A stretch of DNA of 64,000 bases from positions 41,940 through 105,939 of the forward strand of contig CAVPRQ010000020.1 of the NCBI GenBank assembly GCA_963707855.1. Direction: 5' to 3'. Below are positions 41,464 through 53,715 of the stretch, piece after piece. The notes under the pieces were generated by a model. The model saw only the letters and a program-made list of their open reading frames with translations, had not been told where the DNA came from and searched no databases. Position numbers and translations under genes: made by a program. The DNA is from an uncultured Thermoleophilia bacterium (GTDB lineage: Bacteria > Actinomycetota > Thermoleophilia > UBA2241). Each line of letters begins with the position of its first letter. Within the stretch, counting starts at the first letter, position 1.

Positions 41464-41668
41464 CTACATGCCCATCCAGCCGGAGAACCCCTGGTGCATG
41501 ACGCCGGGGTTCATGTCGCCGCTGAAGCCGCCCATCTGCCTGGGCGTGCATGGCATGGTGCTGGCCGAAGTCGCGGCCAGCACCGTCGGCGCCGGTGGCG
41601 GCCATGGCGGGCGCGGCGACGAAGAGCGCCAAGGCGAAGGCCGCGGCGAGGAGGAGAATCGTCCTCAT
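41464..41668 (-). CDS. small secreted Met/His-rich peptide, frameshifted near 41545
   Basis: MRTILLLAAAFALALFVAAPAMA (signal peptide), then ATGADGAGRDFGQHHAMHAQ, then after a +1 shift MGGFSGDMNPGVMHQGFSGWMGM-TAG. Confidence 0.5.
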
Positions 41669-41737
41669 GAACGTGCCTTCCGCTTCGCTGGTTCAGGGCG
41701 ACGGGCGCCTCCCGATACCAGATGACAGCGGTCTTGA

Positions 41738-42866
<1,129 letters not shown>

Positions 42867-42928
42867 TCGGCTGAAGCGGCGCGGCCTCGCATGTCGAGAT
42901 GATCGAGTGGCTCATCGCCCGTCGTGAC

Positions 42929-42972
42929 GGCTGGTGCGGGCGGGGCGGCCAACCGCCCCGCCCGCACCAGCC
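42929..42972 (+). terminator. 20-bp perfect hairpin after ilvC
   Basis: GGCTGGTGCGGGCGGGGCGG-CCAA-CCGCCCCGCCCGCACCAGCC. Confidence 0.6.
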
Positions 42973-43268
42973 GGCTCCGCCATCCCCGCTTGAATCGCCC
43001 GTCCTCCTCGCGTCGGCGAGGCCCGCCCTCCGGCCCCGCATCCGCTCGTCGCTGCGACGCGCCTTGGTCTCGCCCGCCTGAACCCGCGCCTCACCGAGCG
43101 CGATCGCGTCCGCCCGCATGCACGTTCGCGCACGCCCCGCCGAGCGGTGGTTCAATGGTTGTGACCGCGCGCACGGGTTCTCTAGAATGGCCCCTCTGCA
43201 TCTGCTACTCAGGGGCCTCGCCCGGGTCGGCGGCCCGGGTCCCAGGACAGGACGAAAGGACGACGACC

Positions 43269-44431
43269 ATGCTGAAACGCTTCCTTCTGACCCCCGGACC
43301 GACGCCCGTGCCGCCGGAGGTGCTGTCGGCCCTCGGCGAGCCGGTCGTCCACCACCGCGCGCCGCGCTTCACCGAGATCCTCACCGAGGTGATCGCGGGC
43401 CTGAAGTACGTCTACCAGACCGAGAACGACGTGCTCGTCTTCGCCGCCAGCGGCACCGGCGCCATGGAGTCGGCGGTCGTCAACGTCGTGAACCCCGGCG
43501 ACCACGTGCTCGTGGCGAGCATGGGCAACTTCGGCGAGCGCTGGCTCAAGCTGCACGAAGAACTGGGGCGCCGAGGTGACCGCGCTCGAGTACGAGTGGG
43601 GCACGAAGGCCGACCCGGCCGACATCGAGAAGGCGCTCGCCGCCGACCCGGCGATCAAGGCCGTCTACGTGCAGTTCAGCGAGACCTCGACCGGTGTCGT
43701 CAACGACATCCAGGCGATCGGCGCGATCGTCGCCAGGACGCCGGCGATCCTCGTCGTCGACGCGATCAGCGGCCTCGGCGCGACCGACCTCAAGACCGAC
43801 GCCTGGCACGTCGACATCTGCGTCGCCGGCTCGCAGAAGGCGCTCATGGTGCCGCCCGGCCTCGCCTACGTCGCGGTCAGCGAGAAGGCGTGGAAGGTGG
43901 TCGAGGCCTGCACGACGCCGCGCTTCTACTTCGACTACCCGACCTACCGCAAGAAGATGACCGGCGACAGCGCCCAGACGCCGTACACGCCGGCGGTCTC
44001 GCTGATGGTGGCGCAGAACGCCGCCATCGAGCTGATCCGGCAGGAAGGCCTGGAGAACGTCTTCGAGCGGCATCGCTGGCTGGGCAAGGCCTGCAAGGCC
44101 GGCGTGCAGGCGCTCGGCATCGAGCTGTTCGGCCCGGACGACCCCGAGGCGAACAGCGTCACCGCCGTGCAAGGTGCCGGCCGGCGTCGACGGCGGCAAG
44201 ATCACCAAGGTCGCGCGCGACAAGTACGGCGTGTGGCTGGCCGGCGGGCAAGGCAAGCTCAAGGGCCAGATCTTCCGCTTCGGCCACTGCGGCTACTTCG
44301 GCGCCAGCGACATCCTCGTCGGGCTCGGCGTCCTCGAGATGGTGCTCGCCGAGCTGGGCTACGACGTCAAGTGGGGCGCCGGCACGGGGGCCGCGGCGCA
44401 GGTGCTCGCCCAGAGCCCCGTCCAGCTGTGA
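43269..44431 (+). CDS. class V PLP aminotransferase (serine-pyruvate/AGXT family; probable phosphoserine aminotransferase role next to serA), frameshifts near 43565 and 44170
   Basis: MLKRFLLTPGPTPVPPEVLSALGEPVVHHRAPRFTEI..FAASGTGAMESAV.. / ..VQFSETSTGVVNDI..VDAISGLGATDL..VAGSQKALMVPPGLA.. / ..GQGKLKGQIFRFGHCGY.. Confidence 0.82.
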
Positions 44432-44444
44432 GGGGGGTGACGTC

Positions 44445-46050
44445 ATGACCGAACAGAAGAGGGTCCTCGTCAAGGAGAAGCTCGCCCCCGAGGGCGTCAG
44501 GTTCCTCGAGGAGCAGGGCTTCGCCGTGGACATCGGCACCGAGTGGGACGCCGACGAGCTGCTGGCCCGCATCAAGGACTACCACGGCCTGATCATCCGC
44601 TCGGCGACCAAGGTCACCGCCGAGGTCATCCAGGCCGCCGACAAGCTGCAGGTGGTGGGCCGCGCCGGCGTCGGCGTCGACAACGTCGACGTCAAGGAGG
44701 CGACCAAGCGCGGCATCATCGTCGTCAACGCGCCGCAGAGCAACGTGCTCACCGCGGCCGAGCACACGGTGGCCCTCATGATGGCCTGCGCGCGCAACAT
44801 CCCGCAGGCCCACGCCGACCTCAAGGCCGGCAAGTGGGAGAAGGGCAAGTGGGGCAAGGGCGGCGTCGAGCTGCAGGACAAGGTGCTCGGCATCATCGGC
44901 CTCGGCCGCATCGGCTTTCTCGTCGCCGAGCGCGCCAGGGGCCTGAAGATGAAGGTGCTGGCCTACGACCCGTACGTGCCGGCCGAGAAGTTCCACGAAC
45001 TCGGGCTCGACCGCGCCGACTCGCCGAACCAGGTGTACCGCGAGGCCGACTTCATCACCGTCCACCTGCCCAAGAACGCCGAGACCATCGGCTTCGTCGA
45101 CGACGACGCCTTCGCCCAGATGAAGGACGGCGTGCGCGTCATCAACGTCGCCCGCGGCGGGATCATCGACGAGGAGGCGTGGGCGCGGGCGATCGAGAGC
45201 GGCAAGGTGGCCGCCTCGGCGGTCGACGTGTATCCGAAGGAGCCGACCACCGAGAGCCCGTTGTTCACGTACGACAGCGTGGTGTGCACGCCGCACCTCG
45301 GCGCCTCGACGGTGGAGGCGCAGCTGCGCGCCGGCACGATCATCGCCGAGCAGGTGGCCCTGGCGCTCAAGGGCCAGTTCGCGCCCAACGCCGTCAACAT
45401 CCCGCTGGTGCCCGGCGACGAGGCCGACGAGCTGATGCCGTATCTCGCGCTCTGCGAGATGCTCGGCAAGCTCATCGTGCAGGTCGCCGACGGTCCGGTC
45501 GACGGCCGTGGACATCACCTACGAGGGCGTCATCGGCCGTTACGACACGCGCATCCTCACGCTCGGCGTGTTGCAGGGCATGCTGGCCGGCAAGGTCGAG
45601 GGCGAGGTCAACTTCGTCAACGTGGCGGGCATCGCCGAGGAGCGCGGCATCAGCGCCAGGGAGATCAAGCAGCCGGCGGCGGTCGACTTCCTCAACGTGA
45701 TCACGGTGAGCGCGCGCAAGGCCGGCGAGCAGCTCGACGTGGCGGGCACGACGCTGGGCCCCGCCACCGGCCGCGGTTCGTCGGCATCTACGGTCACGAC
45801 ATCGACATCGAGCCGGTGCCGAACATGGTGTTCCTGCGCGCCGAGGCGCAGGTCCCGGGCATCCTGGGCACCATCGGCGCCAAACTGGGCGAGTTCGGCA
45901 TCAACATCTCGCAGGTGACGGTCGCGCCCACCGAAGCCAGGCGAGCCGGGAGTGATGGGGCTCGCCATCAGCCAGCCCATCAGCGACGACCAGCTTGCGC
46001 AGATCATCGCCGCCGCCGGTCTGCTCGACGCCAAGCGCGTGAAGCTGTAG
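44445..46050 (+). CDS. serA: D-3-phosphoglycerate dehydrogenase (long form with ASB and ACT domains), three frameshifts (about 45505, 45775 and 45945)
   Basis: ATG 44445 follows GAGGGGGG. ..GLIIRSATKVT..GRAGVGVDNVDV..GIIGLGRIGFLVA..VNVARGGIIDE..TPHLGASTVEAQ.. then ..ITYEGVIG.. / ..PRFVGIYGHDIDIEP..PGILGTIGAKLGEFGINISQ.. / ..LAISQPISDDQL..KRVKL-TAG. Confidence 0.92.
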
Positions 46051-46109
46051 GCCGAGAGGAGCGGACGCCCGACGGCGCGGGCCGCGGGCGCGACGTGACA
46101 GGCTGACGG

Positions 46110-46139
46110 GGGCGGGGCGGTCCGAGGACCGCCCCGCCC
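46110..46139 (+). terminator. 13-bp perfect hairpin after serA
   Basis: GGGCGGGGCGGTC-CGAG-GACCGCCCCGCCC. Confidence 0.5.
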
Positions 46140-46261
46140 TGCTCCGCCGCCTTGACACGCCGGCCCGGACCGCTAAGCTTCATCCACCTGGGTGGTCTAC
46201 GCGCACGGGACGATGTGAGCCGCCCGGGCAGCGGTGCTCTGCCGGCACGACGGGAGGAACC

Positions 46262-47636
46262 ATGGCGCAGGCGATCGACGACCCCGGCCAGACCGACCTC
46301 GGGGAGGACTTCCTCGGCCACCTCTGGCCGCCGTTCACCCAGCTCCAGGGCCTGAGGCCCGTCATCATGGACCACGCCGAGGGCGCGCTCGTCTACGACA
46401 CCGAGGGCAACGAGTACATCGACGCCTTCGCCAGCCTGTGGACGGTCAACGTCGGCCACGGCCGCAGCGAGATCCACGACGCCATCAAGGCGCAGATGGA
46501 GAAGCTCGCGATCTACCACATCTTCGGGATCGCCAACGAGCCCACGATCAAGCTCGCCGCCAAGGTCGCCGCGCTGCTGCCGGGCGACCTCGACCACGTC
46601 TTCTTCACCCTCGGCGGCGGCGAGTCGGTCGAGACCGCCGTCAAGATGGCGCGCCAGTACCACCGCAACCGCGGCAACGGCACCAAGTACATGGTCCTCT
46701 TCCGCGACCGCGCCTACCACGGCACCACGATGACCTCGACGAGCGCCCAGGGGCTCCCCGTCAACCGGCAGAAGTTCGAGCCCCTGCTGCCCGGGTTCAT
46801 CAAGCTCGGCGCCCCGTACTGCTACCGCTGCGCCTGGCACAAGACCTACGGCGAGGACTGCCGCATGGAGTGTGCCCGCGTCGTCGAGGAGGAGATCGCC
46901 TTCTACGGCGCCGAGAACGTCGGCACCATGCTCGGCGAGACGATGATCGGCACCGGCGGCGTGATCCCGCCGCCGCCCGAGTACTGGCCGATGGTCTGCG
47001 AGACCTGCAAGGCCAGCGACGTCCTCGTCATCAACGACGAGGTGATCACCGGCTTCGGGCGCAGCGGCACCTGGTTCGGCTTTCAGCAGTTCGGCTCCGA
47101 CCCCGACCTCGTGACCCTGGCCAAGGGCCTCTCCTCGGGCTACCTGCCGCTCGGCGCCGTGGCCGCCCGCGAGCACGTCTTCGAGGCCTTCCTCGGCGAC
47201 GGCGAGCAAGGCGTTCATGAGCGGGGCCACCTACAACGGCCACCCGCTCTGCTCGGCCGCCGGCCTCGCCAACCTCGAGATCATCGAGCGCGAGAAGCTC
47301 GTCGAGCGCTGCGCCGAGGTCGGGCCCTACCTGCAGGAGGGCCTGCGCACCCTGCTCAGCCACCCGATCGTCGGCGACGTGCGCGGCGTCGGCCTGGTGG
47401 CCGGCATCGAGTACGTCTCCGACAAGGCGACGCGCGAGTGGTTCCCGCTCTCCGCGGGCGTCGCCGCGCGGATCCGCGACGAGGCCTTCCGGCGCGGCGT
47501 CTTCGTGCGCCTGCTCGGCGGCGGGCACGTCCACGCCGTCGCCCCGCCGTTCATCATCACCCGCGAGCAGATCGACACCATCGTGCGCGTGCTCGACGAG
47601 GCGATCGGCGTGGTCGAGAAGGAGCTCGGCTACTGA
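46262..47636 (+). CDS. class III (omega-type) PLP aminotransferase, frameshifted near 47210
   Basis: ATG follows GGAGGAA. ..DTEGNEYIDAFASLWTVNVGHGR..FFTLGGGESVETAVKMAR..RAYHGTT..LVINDEVITGFGRSGTWFGFQ..VTLAKGLSSGYLPLGAV.. then ORF 47217..47636: ..TYNGHPL..VGDVRGVGL.. Confidence 0.85.
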
Positions 47637-49470
47637 TGGGCGACCTGCTGCGCGTCGACCTTGACGACGGGGACGACCCGCGAGGAGAGCATCGCCGAGG
47701 AGCGCCTGCGCACGCTGCTCGGCGGCAAGGGCATCGGCGCGCGGATGCTCCTCGAGGAGGTCGGCCCCAAGGTCGACCCGCTGGGGCCGGAGAACAAGCT
47801 CATCTTCACGACCGGCCCCCTGAGCGGGACGCAGATGCCGGGCTCGAACCGCTACGGCGTCTTCTTCCTCAGCCCGCAGACCGGCGGCTACGGAGAGGCG
47901 TACGCCGGCGGCAACCTGGCGCCGCAGTTCGCCGGCACGGGCTACAAGGTGGTCGTCCTCGAGGGCCGCTCGCCGGCGCCGGTCTTCGTCGAGGTCGCCG
48001 AGGGGCGCGCCGCGCTGCACCCGGCCGCCGACCTCTGGGGCACCGACACCTACGCGGCCGAGGAGCAGCTCAAGGCGCGCGTCGGCGACCCCAAGGCGCA
48101 GGCCTGCGTGATCGGCCCCGCCGGCGAGAACCTGCTGCGCTTCGCCTGCATCGAGAACAACAAGTGGCGCAGCCTCGGACGCGGCGGCGCCGGCGCGGTG
48201 ATGGGCTCGAAGAACGTCAAGGGCGTCGTCTTTCACGGGGCGCGCAAGCCTGCGCTCGCGCGCCCCGACGCGTTGCGCGCGCTGATCCGCGAGATGGTCG
48301 CCGCCAGCGAGGACCATCCCACGGTGAACGCCTACAAGCGCATGGGCACCGTCCAGATGGTCCGCGTCACCAACGGCATGAACATGTTCCCGACGCGCTA
48401 CTGGACGCGGGGCCACCTCGACGACTTCGAGCCGCTCTCGGCCGAGACCATGCTCGCGACCTACCACGTGAAGAACACGACCTGCCCGCCCTGCTTCATC
48501 GCCTGCGGCAACCTCTGCCGGGTGCCGGACGACCACGCGACCCTCGCCGGCCTCGAGATCGAGGGGCCCGAGTTCGAGACGATCTACGCGTTCGGCGGCC
48601 TCTGCGAGATCGTCGACTTCGCCGAGGTCATGCGCCTCAACGACATCTGCGACCGCCTGGGCGTCGACACGATGACCGCCGGCAACCTCTGCGGGCTGGC
48701 CATCGAGGCCTCGCGCCGCGGGCTCATCGATCTCGAAGCTCGACTTCGGCGACGCCGACGGCGTCGCCGCCTTCCTTGAGATGATGGTGCGGCGCGAGGG
48801 TGTCGGCGACCTCTTCGCCGACGGCGTCCTGCGCGTCGAGGAGGAGATCCCCGAGCTCAAGGGGGTCGCCGTCCACGTCAAGGGCATGGAGCCGGCCGGC
48901 TACGACCCGCGCGTCTCCAAGGGCATGGCGCTCGGCTACATCACCTCGGCCCGCGGCGCCTGCCACCTGCGGGCCACGGTCATGAAGGCCGAGCTCAGCG
49001 GGATCATCCCGATCGACGCGGTCGAGGGCAAGGCGGCCATCTACGCCGACTGGGAGGACCGCTTCGCGATCCAGGACGCCCTCATCTACTGCCGCTTCTA
49101 CCGCGACTTCACGACCTGGCCCTTCCTCACGGCCGTCGTCAACGCCGCCGTGGGGACCGACTACGCCGAGGACGAGCTCAGGGCGCTCGGCGCGAGCATG
49201 ATCAGCGACTCGCACCTCTTCAACGAGCGGCGCGGCTTCGGGCTCGCGCAGGAGCGCCTGCCCGCCTGGGTCACGGAGCGGCCCATCGCCGACAAGGACG
49301 GCAAGGAGTCGCTGACCACGACGGCCGAGCTCGAGACCATGCTGCGCGAGTACTACGCCGTACGCGGCTGGGACGTACCCGGCCGGCTGAGCGGCGCGAA
49401 CGTGCGCGCCGGATCGCGGCGCAGTCGCCGCGACCGAGCACGGGGGATCGGGAGGAGGATGAGGGCATGA
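47636..49470 (+). CDS. aldehyde:ferredoxin oxidoreductase family enzyme, copy 2; frameshifts near 47660 and 48740
   Basis: ATG 47636 overlaps the aminotransferase stop (TGATG). MGDLLRVDL / TTGTTREESIAEERLRTLLGGKGIGARMLLEE..RYGVFFLSPQTGGYGEAYAGG..CPPCFIACGN..EGPEFETIYAFGGLC.. / ..GMEPAGYDPRVSKGMALGYITSARGACHLR.. Confidence 0.85.
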
Positions 49471-50823
49471 GCGGCACGGGTGGAGCGAGGGTCGAGCTCG
49501 CCGTGCCGTACGGCGACGGCGAGCTGCGCTTCTCGCTGCCCCGGGCCAACCTGGCCGGTGTGATCGAGGCCGGCGCCGGTACGGCTTGCACGCCGGTCGG
49601 CCCCGACGACGTCACCGGCCTGAAGCCGCCTCCGCCGCCGGCCCGACCCCGGCCGAGGAACAGGCCGAGATCCGGCGCGCCCTCGCGGAGCCGATCGGCG
49701 CGCCGCGCCTCTCCGAGCTCGCGGAGCGCGCCACCAGAGCCGTCATCGTCGTGAGCGACGTGACCCGGCCCTGCCCGTCGCACAAGTTCCTGCCCGCGCT
49801 GCTCGACGAGCTCCACGCGCTGCCCTCCGATGCCGTCTCGATCCTCTTCGCCCTGGGCAGCCACCGCGCCCACACGCCGGAAGAGCAGGCGCGTCTCGTC
49901 GGCGACGAGGTCGTCCGGAGGGGCGTACGGCTGCTCGATCCGGACCCGACGACTGCGTCCCGGCCGGAACCACGAGTCGGGGCACGCCTCTCTCCGTCTT
50001 CCGGCCTTATCTCGAGGCCGACCTGCGCGTCTGCACGGGCAATATCGACTACCACTACTTCGCGGGGTTCTCGGGCGGCGCCAAGGCGGTCGTCCCCGGC
50101 CTCTGCACCTACGACACGATCCGCGCCAATCACGGCATGATGCTGAGTCCGTCCGCGCGCGCCGGGATCCTCGACGGCAACCCGGTGCGCGAGGACATCG
50201 ACGAGGCCGGCGGCATCCTGGGTATCGACTTCATTCTCAACGTCGTGCTGGACGAGGAGAAGCGGATCGTCCACGCGGTCGCCGGCGACTGTCGTGCGGC
50301 GCACCGCGCCGGCGTCGCCCTGTACGACGCGCGCTGCGACCTGCGCGTCGACGCGGCGGCCGACGTCGTCGTCGCCTCCCCCGGGGGCGCGCCCAAGGAC
50401 ATCAACCTCTACCAGGCGCAGAAGACCCTCGACAACGTCGCCGGGGCCGTCCGTGACGGCGGCGTCATCATCCTCGTCGCCCGGTGCGGCGAAGGGCTCG
50501 GCAACGCGGTCTTCGAGCAGTGGATGGCGGAGATGGAGGAGCCGGACGACCTCGTGCAGCGGATCCGGCGCGAGTTCGTCCTCGGCGGGCACAAGGCGGC
50601 GGCGATCGCCGCGCTCCTGACGAGGGTCGACCTGTTCGTCGTGTCGGACCTGCCGCACGACATGGTGACGGGCATGCACATGACGCCGTTCGCCACCGTC
50701 GACGACGCCGTCGCGGCGGCGCTGGCGCGCTGCGGCGACGGCGCGCGTGTGCTGGTGGTGCCGCACGGGAACCGCGTGACGGCCCGGGACTGGACGCGTC
50801 ACACGAGATGGAGGCTGAGATGA
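49467..50823 (+). CDS. larA: LarA-like nickel-pincer-dependent racemase/epimerase (DUF2088), frameshifts near 49615 and 49950
   Basis: ATG 49467 follows GGGAGGAGG and overlaps the AOR stop (ATGA). ..VELAVPYGDGELRFSLP.. / ..IGAPRLSELAERATRAVIVVSDVTRPCPS..LFALGSHRAHT.. / ..TGNIDYHYFAGFSGGAKAVVPGL..NGMMLSP..GGAPKDINLYQAQK..HKAAAIA.. Confidence 0.8.
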
Positions 50824-51496
50824 GCGCCAAGCGTGGAGAGCAGCGCGTTGCCATGCAAACGCCGTTCGAGAACCCGGTATCGAGCCTGCCGACGACTGCG
50901 CAGAAGATCCTCGTGGCCGCCCGACGCCTGCTGATGGAGGGCGGCTACGGGTCGGTGACGCTCGAGAGGGTCGCCGCCGAGGCGGGCGTGAACAAGGCCT
51001 CGATCCGCTACAACTTCGGCAACAAAGCGGGCCTGGTCGGCGCGCTCGTCGACTTCATGCTGCACGAGGAGTTCGAACGCGACCTGGCGGCCTCCCGTCG
51101 ACGCCGCACAAGGACCTCGTCCATGCCCTGATCGATGGGAAGCGTCACATCATCGACGCGATGGACAACCTGCGTGGCTTCTTCGACATCCTCCCGCACG
51201 CCTTGCGCGACGACGATCTGCGCCACCGCATCGCGGCGTGCTATCCGTGGTGGGCAGAGCAGAACCTGATGCTGCTGGAGCTGGAGGCCTCCGGACCCGA
51301 GGGCAGGCCGCAGGTGCTGCGCGGCCTGGGGCGGCTGGTGAGCGCGGTGGTCGACGGCCTCTCGGTCCAGGCCGGCCTCGATGGCGACCAACACGACATG
51401 GACGCGCCGCTCAAGGCCCTTGAGTTCCTGCTCGATCGCGCCCTGCCGGACCTGGAGGGGCTGGCAGGGGCCGCAAGCACAGGTGAGCGGGACTGA
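50820..51496 (+). CDS. TetR/AcrR family transcriptional regulator, frameshifted near 51085
   Basis: ATG 50820 overlaps the larA stop (ATGA). ..TAQKILVAARRLLMEGGYGSVTLERVAAEAGVNKASIRYNFGNKAGLVGALV.. (HTH), then ORF 51161..51496. Confidence 0.8.
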
Positions 51497-51555
51497 CTTG
51501 GCCTGAACGGCCTCCCCGTCTCCGTGCGGCCGTCCAACGTCGACGTTCGCGCTGG

Positions 51556-53028
51556 TCACTCGCGCAAGCCGAGCTCCCGTTCCGCTTCGTCGATGATCGC
51601 TCTCAGCTTCTCGGGCACGCCTTCTGGCAGCGGCTCGGGCTGATGCGTCTCCAGGATCCGCCTGGCCTCTGCCACGGAGCGCTCGTAGATGCTGGTCGAC
51701 CCCGAGGCGGTCCAGTCCTCCCGGACCCTGCGGTCGATGAGCTTCGACTGCGACTGGCTACGCATGCCCTTGAACGTGTCGTCGTGCGAGAGGAAATCGC
51801 TGAAGGGCCCGATGTCGGCGATGACGTCGACCGAGAGGGTCTCGTCGTCGACGCGGATACCGGGGACGCAGTACTTGACCATGCGCGCGAACTCGGCGTC
51901 CATGACGAGCTGCGCGTAGTCGATGGTGACGCCCGACTCCAGCATCCCCAGCCCGTAGATCAGATTGGCTCCTGCCAACGCCGGTAGGAGGCTGGTGATC
52001 GTCTTCTCGTGGCCGGATTGGGCGTCTGCCACTTTGGAGTCGCCCTACGCCCCCGCGACCCAGCTGGGCAGGAGGTAGAACCGCGCCAGGCAGGCGACCC
52101 CGGCGCCGATCATGCCGCACTCGGGGCTGCCGACGGACGCGCTGGCGAAGCGCAGGTCCATGGCCGTCGTGGACGAGCCATAGATGACAGGCGTACCGCG
52201 GACCGTGAGTTGCGCGAGCGTGATCCCGGCGAGGACCTCGGCGTTGTGTGACACGAGCGTCCCCGCGAGATTGACCGGGGATGATCCTCCGGCCATCGCC
52301 ATCGACAGGACGTTGACGGGGATCCCGCCGCGGGCGCCCTCGATGATGATGCGGCAGCAGTCGGCGACGAGCTTGAGCGGGCTCACCGGGCAGGTCAGGA
52401 AGGAGAGGATCGGCCGCTGCCGCAGGCGTTCGTGGCCGCCGACGATCGCCGCCGCCATGTCGATCATCTTACGGGCGCAGAACCCTGACAGCGGGCCGAT
52501 GGTCGCGTGCTTCGTCGTGTTCGTGAAGATGGCCTCGGCGTTGTGCAGGGCCGCGGTGTCCTGAGGGACGTCATGGGCGCCGAGCGGGCGCTCGACGACG
52601 TCGATCTCGGGCAGCGCGTCGATGATCCGCGTGCAGTCGGCGACGTCCTGCTTGCGCGACTCGTGCAGCTCGCCCGTGTACGGGTCGACGACCTGGATGC
52701 CCTCGCCGAAGTTCGTGAAGCCGACACGGCCGTCCTCGAGCACCACGTCCTGCTCCGGAACACGTCCGCACATGACCACCTTGGGAGGCGCCGAGCGGAT
52801 CGCGTCCTCGACGACGTGCGGGGCGAGGCGTACCACCTTGCGTTCGCGGTCGACCCTGGCGCCCCCGCCCTCGAAGATCGCGAGGGCCTCGTCGTCCTCG
52901 ACGAAGACTCCCGTCTGTGACAGGACCTCGAGCGTCGCGAGGTGGATCTCCTGCAACTCGTCGGGGGTGAACACTTCGAGCCTGAAGCCGCCGCTCTTGC
53001 GCGCGCCCGCGCGGGGGTTGCGTCTCAT
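51556..53028 (-). CDS. mttB: trimethylamine:corrinoid methyltransferase MttB, pyrrolysine type (one in-frame UAG read-through)
   Basis: ORFs 52045..53028 and 51556..52032 share a frame and are separated only by TAG. ..[131 protein letters not shown].. No frameshifts. Confidence 0.9.
52045..52047 (-). other. in-frame UAG (predicted pyrrolysine codon) of mttB
   Basis: Minus strand reads ..GTC GCG GGG GCG TAG GGC GAC TCC AAA GTG.. The TAG aligns with Pyl in Methanosarcina MttB (..[20 protein letters not shown]..). Confidence 0.85.
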
Positions 53029-53666
53029 GTCGCGCCTCCGCCCAGCAGCGCGTCGATCTTCTTGACGCCGTCGTTGGCGTCCTCGGCGTAGGCGTCGGCG
53101 CCGATCTGGTCGGCCCAGCGCTGGGTGGCGGGAGCGCCGCCGACCACGGTCTTGAAGGAGAGGCCCTCCTCCTTGATCACCTTGATGACCTTCTTCTGCT
53201 CCTCCATCGTCGTCGTCAGGAGGGCGCTCATGCCGATGATGTCGGCGTTCCCCTCCTTGGCCTTGGCGATGAAGGTCTGGGCGGGGACGTCGCGGCCGAG
53301 GTCGGTGACCTCGTAGCCGTTGGCCTTGAGGTAGGCGATCACGATCGCCTTGCCGATGTCGTGCACGTCGCCCTGCACGGTGCCGATCACGACGCGTCCC
53401 TTGGTGGTCGCCGCGCCGGCCTCGAGGGCGGCGTTGGTGACCGCGGTCGCCCCCGCCATGGCGTCGGCGGCCATCATCAGCTCGGGGAGGAACATCTCGC
53501 CGCTCTCGAAGAGCTCGCCGACCTCCTGGATGCCGCGCACGAAGCCGTTCTGCATGATGTCGGCGGGGGTCATGCCCGCGGCCAAGGCACGCTTGGCGAT
53601 GTCTTCGGCGGCCGCACGGTCGGCGCCCACGATCGCCGCGCTGGCTTCCTGATAGATATCGGACAT
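53025..53666 (-). CDS. mttC: methyltransferase cognate corrinoid protein (MttC-like by adjacency)
   Basis: The ATG at 53666 is preceded by AGGAGG at good spacing. ..MFLPELMMAADAM..VIGTVQGDVHDIGKAIV.. (DxHxxG B12 motif) ..IIGMSALLTTTM..VVGGAP.. The stop overlaps the mttB start (ATGA). Confidence 0.85.
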   Translation of the reverse strand: MSDIYQEASAAIVGADRAAAEDIAKRALAAGMTPADIMQNGFVRGIQEVGELFESGEMFLPELMMAADAMAGATAVTNAALEAGAATTKGRVVIGTVQGDVHDIGKAIVIAYLKANGYEVTDLGRDVPAQTFIAKAKEGNADIIGMSALLTTTMEEQKKVIKVIKEEGLSFKTVVGGAPATQRWADQIGADAYAEDANDGVKKIDALLGGGAT

Positions 53667-53715
53667 GAGCATTGCCTCCTCGGGGCGGGATGTCGGATCG
53701 TCGTCCTGGGCCGTT

